Shown here: positions 54,154 through 64,000 of the stretch, one piece after another | How the letters are laid out: each line of letters begins with the position of its first letter | Numbering within the stretch: the stretch's first letter is position 1 | The notes under the pieces: generated by a model | What the model was told of the DNA's origin: nothing | Seen by the model: the letters and a program-made list of their open reading frames with translations, nothing else | Databases searched by the model: none | Position numbers and translations under genes: made by a program | NCBI GenBank assembly: GCA_951406725.2 | Contig: OX597815.1 | Location: forward strand, 20,460,001 to 20,524,000 | From: Octopus vulgaris | Lineage: Eukaryota | Direction of reading: 5' to 3' | Length of the DNA stretch: 64,000 nt

Positions 54154-54198
<45 letters not shown>

Positions 54199-54286
54199 AC
54201 CACCACCACCACCACCACTACTACAACTACTATTACTACTACTACTACCCCCACTACTACTACTATTACTACTACTACTACTACCC

Positions 54287-54368
<82 letters not shown>

Positions 54369-54582
54369 CACCACCACCACCACCGTCGCCACAATCCACC
54401 ACCACTACTACAACTACTACTACTACCACCACCACCACTACTACTACCACTGCCACCATCACCACTACTACTACCACCACCACTACCACCACCACTACTA
54501 CCACCACCACTACTACTACCACCAAAACCACCACCACCACCACCACCACCATCACTACTACCACCACTACTACTACCACCAC

Positions 54583-54640
<58 letters not shown>

Positions 54641-54678
54641 CCACCACCACCACCACCACCACCACCACCACCACCACC

Positions 54679-54715
<37 letters not shown>

Positions 54716-54716
54716 T
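54154..54716. repeat. (CTA)n/(CCA)n/(CCG)n trinucleotide tract
   Basis: Seen directly in sequence; includes a pure (CCG)n run near 54586-54641. Confidence 0.95.
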
Positions 54717-55148
54717 AGAAAGCGTCTGCAATAAAACCGACAATATCCCCCCTCGTTAGTACTAGTAACAGCAACGCCACAACCAGCACCGCCACTAATA
54801 TAATCAAGGCCTTCTCTACCGTTATTAGCAAAGGTACCGCCATCACCAACACCTTTACCTTGCACTACACAGCAACTTCAACACCACAACGGCCAGCATA
54901 AGCCACCCCTCCGGTACAACCGCTACCACCACTACCAGTACTGGAGCCAATACAACCAGCATAAGTCTCACTACAACCGCTACCACCAAAACTAGCAGTA
55001 CGACTAAAGAGGCCACTACCGCTACAGCCACGGCCACAACCACCAATACTTATACACCTACCTGTACCACAACCACCACAGCTAGCACATTCCCTACAAG
55101 AACCGGTACAACCACACAGCAACTCCTTACTACTTCAGTGTCTTCCAA

Positions 55149-55345
55149 GGTGAGCTGGCAAAATCGTGAACACGTCGGACAAAATGCTTAACGGCATTTC
55201 GTCCGTCCTTACGCTCTGAGTTCAAATTCCGCCAAGATCATCTTTGCCTTTCATCTATTCGGGGTCGATGAAATAAGTACCCATTGAGTACTGGGGTCGA
55301 TGTAGTCGACTAGCCATCCCCACCAAATTTCAGGCCTTGTGCCTA

Positions 55346-55411
<66 letters not shown>

Positions 55412-55566
55412 CATCATCATCATTATTATTATTTCTAATTCCGTCGAGGTCGACTTTGCCTTTCATCCCTTCGGGGTCGGTAAATTAAGTACCAGTTGCG
55501 TACTGGGGGTCGATGTAATCGACTGGCCCCTCCCCCAAAATTTCGGGCCTTGTGTCTAGAGTAGAA
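55149..55566 (+). mobile_element. Two Meta-like SINE copies (related subfamily) separated by (TTA)n
   Basis: Core tttgcctttcatc...ttcggggtcg followed by tail ccaaatttc.ggccttgtg. Confidence 0.7.
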
Positions 55567-56330
55567 AATGCGGCACAGCGGAGACACTTGCTCATTCCTA
55601 AGGTTGACCCTCCATTTTGTGACCAAAGCTTGGCCTTGCGCTGCCAGTATAGTGCTTTCGGTCCCTTATTTTAGTGTTCCTTTCATCAGCCAATCCCACT
55701 TATTTTTTCCAGCAACTTCTATTGTGGCTGCATGGAATTGATTGTGTAGCCCCTTTTTGCGTAATTCTTCCTCAAGTCCTTTTTGTACCCCTTCCTTCTT
55801 TTTTCCTTTTTCTCTGTTTTCGATACTCCCTCATTCCTAAGTGTCACTAGCAAGGTTTCCTTACTTTGGGCTAGGTATCTCATTAAGCTCTCGAATTCGA
55901 TACGCACGCAGTCTTCTACACTTATCAGTCCTTTCCTCCATTTGTTCTCTTCATGTATAGGCGATCAGTGTCTGCACGTGAATGATGGGCTCCATGCATC
56001 GTTAGGAGCTTTCTTGACTTCCTGTCCATCTCTTTTAGCTTCTCCTCTGTCCACTTCAAGATTCAAGCGCCATACCGAACTACTGCGACTGCGCGCGAGT
56101 TTATTGCCGAAATTATGTTTCTGGCATTCAGCTTTGAAACGATTATTTTTCTCCCTCGCCGCAGGTACTCTCTTTTTGTCTTTTCCTTCATGTCGTTGAG
56201 TTTGATTCCATCTACCTCAAGTATTACCAGGTATTTATAGCTAGACTGAGGTTGAATTGCCTTCATCATTTCAACACATGGCAACCATATGCCTTCTGTC
56301 CTGATAAGCTATCCTCGTTTCATCGCCATC
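55567..56330 (-). pseudogene. Degenerate R4/Dong-like (REL-type) LINE fragment
   Basis: SYKYLVILE...MKEKTKREYLRRGRKIIVSKLNARNIISAINSRAVAVVRYGA...ESTILAAQGQALVTK...SPLCRI. Confidence 0.75.
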
Positions 56331-56514
56331 ATAAAAGAGCTGACAAGGCATTGTCGTCGACATACTGCAAATTCAGTGACACGATTACTATTGTTCATTA
56401 TTCATGACTGAAGTCAGGATAGGTTGTAGGGTCTACCACCGAAGCGGTACTTGGTTTCTTATAAATAATAACCCCACTTAACATATCATAGGCACAGACA
56501 AGTTTAATAATCTA

Positions 56515-56893
56515 TGTGGCTGCAGAGATAAAAATACTTGTGAATTCTCAAATAAAACTAAAACTAAAAACGTAAGCTATCAAAGTGATGTACTTGCAAA
56601 TAATTACTTGCAAACTTATATTGGAACAACTAAAAATGAAATGAAACTTAGATATAATTCCCATCGCTCAAGTTTTTAGAAATAGAAGTAAAAATATTAC
56701 TACTGGACTAAGTAGTTACATCTGGGAACTGAAAGACAATAACATTAACTATAGATTAGAATGGCGTATCCTAGCCAAACCTTCTGCATATAACATTAAT
56801 AATAATCGATGTAATTTATGTATAAACGAGAAATTCTTCATTGTAATGGTCAAATCAGAATTACTTAACAAACGAGACGATTTGTTTGCATGA
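56515..56893 (+). pseudogene. Naiad-type PLE GIY-YIG endonuclease remnant with one frameshift near 56675
   Basis: CGCRDKNTC...NVSYQ...YIGTT...RYNSHRSSF / TGLSSYIWELKDNN...WRIL...CNLCINEKFFI...LLNKR. Confidence 0.8.
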
Positions 56894-57103
56894 AGATAAA
56901 TTCTTTTTCTCGAAATATCGTCTTCAGGGATGAAGACTTGTGTAGGACCTGCCACACTTTTCGGAGATGCTGATGGTAGAAAGTTGATGCAAATGTTTGT
57001 CACAATCTCAATGAAAAACATACCCCAAGCTTTTCTATTAGAGTTGAATCGAAACTATTCTTGAATGCGCACCTGGGCACCAAGCGAGAACTTTCTAAGT
57101 TCT

Positions 57104-57260
<157 letters not shown>

Positions 57261-57699
57261 ATTATATCCAATCTCATTATATTTAGACCTCTGCAGAGTT
57301 CTTTTTGCAAAGTATACTGAACATCAAAGTAGAAATTAATGATGATACAGTCAGCAGCGTCCAGGTACTACCTTCTCTTCTAGGGGAAATTCTAAATTTG
57401 AATGTTTCTTTAGCCATTTTGGTACTAGCTCCAATTTCTTTGGGAATCTCATATTACAAAAACCAACGTATCGTTATTGTCGTTGTGCTTTAGCACCAAA
57501 CCTGTCCTATTGGAGGAGACCTATGCAACTTTCATATAGATGTGATCTATAGAAATATTGCTCCAGATATAAATGCTGAAATCTAAACAATTCAACATCA
57601 AGTTTTACAGCAAAGTAATCAGTAAGAAGCTTAGTACTGTGAGATTCTCGCATTCTGGAAATATTTGGTTGTTCGTACAGATTACAGAGGTTTATATAA

Positions 57700-57931
57700 G
57701 GTGGCGAGCTTGGCAGAAACGTTAGCAAGCCGGGTGAAATGCGTAGCCGTATTTCGTCAGTCGTTACGTTCCGAGTTCAAATTCCGCCGAGGTCGACTTT
57801 GCCTTTCATCCTTTCGGGGTCGATTAAATAAGTACCAGTTACACACTGGGGTCGTTGTAATTAACTTAATCCGTTTGTCTGTCCTTGTTTGTCCCCTCTG
57901 TGTTTAGCCCCCTGTGGGTAGTAAAGAAATA
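57700..57931 (+). mobile_element. Meta-like SINE S1, monomer
   Basis: Matches the S1 consensus. Confidence 0.85.
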
Positions 57932-58084
57932 TATATATGGAGCACACATCTGTTTATATATTTAGGACTGAATTTGTGTTAGTCGCTCTGTTGTTAAGAA
58001 TGCTACCTTCCGCTTATGATATTCTCCATATTCCAGTACTAACAAACAATACCCACATTCTTTTTACCTTATGAATCGTTTATG

Positions 58085-58333
58085 GGTACTACTTGAGAAC
58101 AGTGGTCCCGGTGCGCGCACTCGCGTAGTCGCGCATCCGAGCTAGCTAGTCGTGACTAGTCGATCCTATAACGACTACCTAGCAAAGTAAATAAAACACA
58201 AAATAAATAATATTTTTACACAAAGTGAATAATTTTTGTTAAACAAAGTAAATAAAACACAAAAACACAAAGTAAGGATCGACTAATCATGTCTAGCTAG
58301 CGCGCGCCAGGACCACTGTTCTCAAGTTGTACC
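58085..58333. mobile_element. MITE with a 9-bp target-site duplication (Merlin- or MULE-like)
   Basis: TIR ggtac.acttgagaacagtggtcc.gg; TSD tcgtttatg at 58076-58084 and 58334-58342; subterminal inverted repeats. Confidence 0.8.
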
Positions 58334-58772
58334 TCGTTTATGTAAACGAAACCCCGAAGAAGCGAGATGAACAGACTTTATTGTCAAGACATTGTTTTAA
58401 ATAATCCAAAGACATTGAATTCGGTGAGAGTGCCGTCTGTCCCTTGAATAGAGATGTGGTATGAAGAGAACTTTGTCTCTCTGCGAGAACCGCATTCGAT
58501 CTCATTTGATGAGCTACGTGGTCACCAACCTTGGAATTAACTGAGTGTGAATGTTGAGACTCTCAGCATTACATTCTGCTTGTTTCTTCTTTTTCCCCCC
58601 ATTTATTACAGGCATTCATCAATAATAACCGCATTCGACATTTGAGGTCGAAGGAAGGGTTCAGTTGGCCAATAAATAGCTCACTGCTTTGTCAAATGGG
58701 AAAATGACTTTTGTCCGGAATGTGCGCGCGCGCGCTGTTTGAGTGTATGTTTGCATGTGTGTATGTGTGTGT

Positions 58773-58850
<78 letters not shown>

Positions 58851-58995
58851 GTGTGTATGTGCATGCGAGTGAATGTGTATATATTTGTATGAACGGACAT
58901 CGTTTAAGATGTGTGAATAGCAGTCAAGTGTGAAATAAACTTGAAGTGTTTCTATTCTTGAAAAAGAATACATTTGCCGTATAACCATCAATATA

Positions 58996-59171
58996 TCGTT
59001 TGCCGTTACGTTGTGAGTTCAAGCTCCGCCGAGGTCGGCTTTGCCTTTCATCCTTTCGGGGTCGATTAATTAAGTACCAGTTACGCACTGGGGTTCATGT
59101 AAACGACTTAATCCGTTTGTCTGTCCTTGTTTGTCCCCTCTATGTTTAGCCCCTTGTGGGTAGTAAAGAAA
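58996..59171 (+). mobile_element. Meta-like SINE S1, 5'-truncated
   Basis: Core and tail only. Confidence 0.8.
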
Positions 59172-59892
59172 CAAATATATCGTTATAAGGTAGCTTTTTT
59201 TAAAAAATCAAATAACAACAAATTCTCTTCAGAATATACAGCACTTCTTTACACTAGCTTACACATGCTTTAAAATATCTGTTTTTGACGTAGTTTGTTA
59301 TATTTTGAATACATTACCGTTAGACCTTCGAGTGTTACTGCTCTAACGAGTATTTGAGTTGGCGTAAAATAATATTTTGACTTTTGGTCTGCTATTTCTG
59401 TTCGTCGTATTTGATAAACAGAATGTCATGAAAACGAACTAAAGCAATTTATTGGAAGTAAATAGGCACAATATTGTCATTTGGCACTATAACCTGCAAG
59501 TCATGACTGCACAATTCAATTATCTCATTTATGTTATGAGGACAGATAGCTTCGAATAAAAGTTTTCATCGCTAAATCTCTATGGCATATTATTCATATT
59601 ATGGGAATCGTTATCTGTTAATATTATATTTATTGTATGTAAACCATTAATTTTGTAAAAGGAGAGAAATGAGTGTTTTTACATCATCAATTATGTTATA
59701 AATATACAGCTGTAAAGTAATTTATGGACGAAAATGCCACGTTGAAACAACAGCACACACTCTTCTCGGATGTTTCCCGCCTCCATTAATCCTAATTTGA
59801 CCTATACATCCTTGTGCTTTGGATCACCAACAAGCTTACACACACACACGCGCGCGTGCATATGTGTACATATATGAATGCATGTATGCATG

Positions 59893-59926
<34 letters not shown>

Positions 59927-60034
59927 TGTATGTATGTATGTATGTATGTATGTATGTATGTATGTATGTATGTATGTACGCGTGTGTGAGTATATACATA
60001 CATACATACATACATACATACATACGTATTTATA

Positions 60035-60073
<39 letters not shown>

Positions 60074-60741
60074 TTATGTACTTACGCATGTACATACGTA
60101 TGTATCTATTATGTATGCAAATGTCAAAGCATGTATGTATGTATGTATGTATGTATGTATGTATTTATGTATGTATGCCCGTATGTATGTATGTATGTAT
60201 GTATGTATGTATTTATGTATGTATGCATGCATGTATGTATGTATGTATGTATGCATGCATGCATGTGTGTATGTATGTATCTATGTATGTATGTATGTAT
60301 GCATGTATGTATGTATGTATGTATGTATGTATGTATGTATGCATGCATGCATGTATGTATGTATGTATGTATGTATGTATGTATGTATGTATGTATGTAT
60401 GTATGCATGCATGCATGCATGCATGTATGTATGTATGTATGTATGTATGTATGTATGCATGTGTGTGTATGTATGTATGCATTTGTGTGTGTATGTACGT
60501 ATGTATGTATTTATGTGTGAATGTATGAGCAATTATGTATTGCTACATTTGCATTTAAACAGCTTCATAAAATGACAATATCAAATTTTTCGATGAAAAA
60601 TAGAATCTGAAACGCCCACGCGCACATAATCACACAAAACATACACATTTGCGTGTGTGCGTGTGTGTGCGTGCGCGCGCCTTGTTTTTTGTTTCCTTAA
60701 AAATAATGTTCAATATATAATGAAGTTAGAAGTGAGTAGAG

Positions 60742-60780
<39 letters not shown>

Positions 60781-61035
60781 GTTTCTCGAAGCACTAGGCC
60801 ACTTGGTGTAGAATAGATATACTATTAAATTAGTATCTAATTCTCTCACCCTTATTAATTAATTATAATTATGCTGCATTTATTTCTAAATGCTGTATTT
60901 GTTTTCCGTGAAAGTTTGGCGCGCTGTTAGTTGGGGCATTTGAATTATAACGTCGGATGTAATCAATTGAACCACACGCGTATTTATCGTTATGGTAAAA
61001 TCTGGCGTGTGATTGAGTGGATTTCATCCAGATAG

Positions 61036-61117
61036 TTTTGGCTGAAGAGCTACAAGTGGATTTTATTGTAAGTAAAATTACATTTAATTCATTAATAGCG
61101 AAACAATTGTCCCAAAA
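61036..61117 (+). ncRNA. Type I hammerhead ribozyme, copy 1 (predicted cleavage after 61111)
   Basis: ttttgg-CTGAAGA-gcta...tagc-GAAA-caattg-TC-ccaaaa; every core nucleotide is canonical. Confidence 0.9.
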
Positions 61118-61568
61118 TAATCTGTATTTGTTATTTTTTATTTGCCCTGTCCGTGTGAGCTAACAATCGTACTGACTTTCATGGGAAACATGTATTTTTG
61201 TGGTTGAAACCTTTTGGATTAACTGGTGCTAGAGTGAGCCATATAGTGACCACTCTCTTATATTTATTTTGTAAAAATATTATAATATATTATAAAATAT
61301 TATAATAATCCAGGTTTCTCGAAGCACTAGGCCACTTGGTGTAGAATAGATATACTATTAAATTAGTATCTAATTCTCTCACCCTTATTAATTAATTATA
61401 ATTATGCTGCATTTATTTCTAAATGCTGTATTTGTTTTCCGTGAAAGTTTGGCGCGCTGTTAGTTGGGGCATTTGAATTATAACGTCGGATGTAATCAAT
61501 TGAACCACACGCGTATTTATCGTTATGGTAAAATCTGGCGTGTGATTGAGTGGATTTCATCCAGATAG

Positions 61569-61650
61569 TTTTGGCTGAAGAGCTACAAGTGGATTTTATT
61601 GTAAGTAAAATTACATTTAATTCATTAATAGCGAAACAATTGTCCCAAAA
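61569..61650 (+). ncRNA. Type I hammerhead ribozyme, copy 2 (predicted cleavage after 61644)
   Basis: Identical to copy 1. Confidence 0.9.
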
Positions 61651-61797
61651 TAATCTGTATTTGTTATTTTTTATTTGCCCTGTCCGTGTGAGCTAACAAT
61701 CGTACTGACTTTCATGGGAAACATGTATTTTTGTGGTTGAAACCTTTTGGATTAACTGGTGCTAGAGTGAGCCATATAGTGACCACTCTCTTATATT

Positions 61798-61832
<35 letters not shown>

Positions 61833-64000
61833 AGTGTGTGTGTGTATGTACATACATATATATATACATATGTATGTCTGAATGTATATATAAATATATA
61901 TGTATGTGTTTATATGTATATTTATATCCATGCATATATACATGCATGCATGCATGCATCCATCCATCCATCCATCCATCCATACATACATACATACATA
62001 CATGCATACATACATACAACTCTCTTGACTCAAAATAAGTCTTGTCGCTTTGTTAGCGACCGGCTTGAACTCTTTCAAGCAGAACTTTAATAAAACTCAA
62101 AGAAAAATGACATACACACGCGTACACACTCACCCATATATATGTGTGTGCGCGTACACCCCCCCACACATATCTATACCCGAGGGATTTACATAATTTC
62201 CAGCTACCGAATTCAGTCAAAAGGCATGTGTCGGCTCAATGCCAAAGGTGTCGCGCTGTGGCACTGAACCCGAAGCCAAATGGTTGTGAAGTGAACGCTT
62301 TAATCAAACATCCATATCTGTTCTAAGCAGAGATGTAGAATGTTTCATACAAATTTCTGTTGTTCTTGTGTTTTTATTTTAAATGATATAAACGCATGTT
62401 TATGAACAAAAGCATTGAAGGGCACTTTGGTTTCAAAGAGAAACCCAATAGACTAATTAGGGATTCATTGCATTTTCGATTAAGCAATTAGCAAGTTAGC
62501 AGGAGTTGTTTGTGCAATGCCCCTTCAAAAGTGTGTACTCAACCGACTGAGTTGATTCCGATTGTTTTAAATGTTGGTTATTATACAACTTATGGTCTTA
62601 GAATCAGTTATTGAAAGATCATGTGGCAGGTGTAAAAGGCCCGGTTCTCCTACATAGTACATGAAGTTTCCTAGTTCTGTGGTCTGTGTAGAATAATTTG
62701 TAGTACTGCCGTTGCATCAACCTGTCTCCTGTGATGCAACAACCTCCTGTCTCTTGTTGACGGCGAGATTTCATTATCTGCTGTAACCCCAAGAATGTTC
62801 TATTTGATGAAGCGTTGGTACCAGTCAGTATAGTTAACGCAAATGGTCAACTAAAAAGTTAACAGAAATAATCAACGTAAATAATTAACATTAATGATCA
62901 ACATAAGTAATGAACGTTAATAGCAATTTGTATTGTTTATAATCAACATTACCAATACAAATAGTCAACATAAACATTAAATACAAATAGTCAAGGCTAA
63001 TAGCCACAAATTGTTAAGACAAATTTGGACAATGTTATTGATCTCTAGTGGATAAATTATTGACCTATTTAATTGCTTAACGTTGTATAGGTAGACTTCT
63101 TTCCTTTTATTTCGGCATCGTAAAAAGGAGGCGGGTGAGTGGATTCTTGGATTCTGATGACTTGTTAAATAGGAACGAAATCCATCAGTTCAATATTCAA
63201 CCAAAGCAGCTGAAAAGGCCATTGTAGACTTAATTTCTCAGCAAGGCTAATTACATTTAGATATCATTTTGTATATTTATTTATTTATAACATTGTATAA
63301 TAATAATGCTTCATTTTGATTAGGTTCCACATCATGTTCACTGGCCTATATACTGGCATTTATCAACCGTTGAGGGACTGATGTTGCAAAAACGAAATAT
63401 CTTGGTAAATGCAGTAAATCATCAAATCTTGCACATTTGTCTCTTATCATCATTAATAATGATTTTTTTCACGTTGGTAATAGTTCATATGACGAGAAAG
63501 CGGTGGAGTCTGCAACTTTGACTGGAAATGTAATCAAAGAAATGACCTTAACACACGAATGATATTTAAATCGATTCCGCGAGGATGAAAGACGAAGTCA
63601 ATCCTAGCAGGATGTGAAATCAGAATGTAAAGAGAGATAACTAGATATTGTAATGCGTTTAAATGAATCCCGAAAGAAAGTTCTCCAGATATGCCATTCC
63701 ACCGAGCTCTCGTTCTGTTAATATTAACGGGAGAGCTTCAGCATTGACGCTCAACTGCTAGAGATAGTAGTTATATTTCAAATCTTGCATATTTGTCTCT
63801 TATCGCCATTAATAATGATTTTTCACATTGGTAATAGTTCACATTATGCGATGATAAAAGAAAGACTCATTTGGATGCATTATATCTGAAAAATAGATGG
63901 CATGGTCAAAGCTAGAACGTCTTTGACCATAGGTCAGTCGAATGACAGTTGGCCTGAAGCTAATCAACAACAACAGCAACTGCTGATATTGATATCTAAT

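Larger units (their letters stand above)
60778..61803 (+). mobile_element. Retrozyme-like tandem element (493-bp copies at 60778-61270 and 61311-61803, period 533)
   Basis: Apparently identical direct copies, no meaningful ORF, one intact HHR per unit, (TA)n on both sides. Confidence 0.8.

Noticed and set aside
53797-55130. Thr/His-rich mucin-like ORF
   Set aside because: Degenerate trinucleotide repeats with no signal peptide or splice evidence
55650-55692. CTGATGA...GAAA on the minus strand
   Set aside because: Lies inside the R4-like coding remnant (WLMKGTLK...ESTIL) and has no stem I or cleavage triplet geometry
63148-63191. ggatt-CTGATGA...GAAA-tcca-TC-agttc
   Set aside because: Stem II does not close on the core and stem III is neither stable nor palindromic; likely chance
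63421-63841. ~65-bp direct repeat (63421-63487 and 63778-63841)
   Set aside because: Short local duplication among decayed repeat fragments with no element hallmarks

Overview
AT-rich, microsatellite-saturated animal genomic DNA. The SINE, LINE and microsatellite content resembles an octopus/coleoid cephalopod genome (inference). I found no host protein-coding exon, and nearly all ORF-track entries are translations of simple repeats. The window is a dense mosaic of mobile elements: tRNA-derived SINEs (Meta-like, CORE-like and a tail-swapping family), non-autonomous Helitron-like repeats, maT/Tc1-mariner and Tigger/pogo remnants, two MITEs, CR1-like, RTE, R4/Dong-like and Tx1-like LINE fragments, and Penelope-like elements (PLEs) with GIY-YIG endonucleases. 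It also holds one tRNA-His gene with an atypical C37. The most striking hidden signal is about ten minimal type I hammerhead ribozyme (HHR) motifs. (i) A non-coding tandem duplication with a 533-nt period at 60778-61803 has an intact HHR in each unit, the architecture of a retrozyme that could release a 533-nt, possibly circular, RNA. (ii) Head-to-head fold-back PLE/HHR elements of 2.3 kb, 360 bp and 130 bp sit in microsatellites. (iii) A CCGANGA (U4C) core variant recurs four times. (iv) A separate family of non-coding elements with direct terminal repeats carries a covarying pseudoknot-capable motif where an HHR would be expected, a candidate new or permuted ribozyme. All structures were read by eye and need computational and biochemical confirmation.
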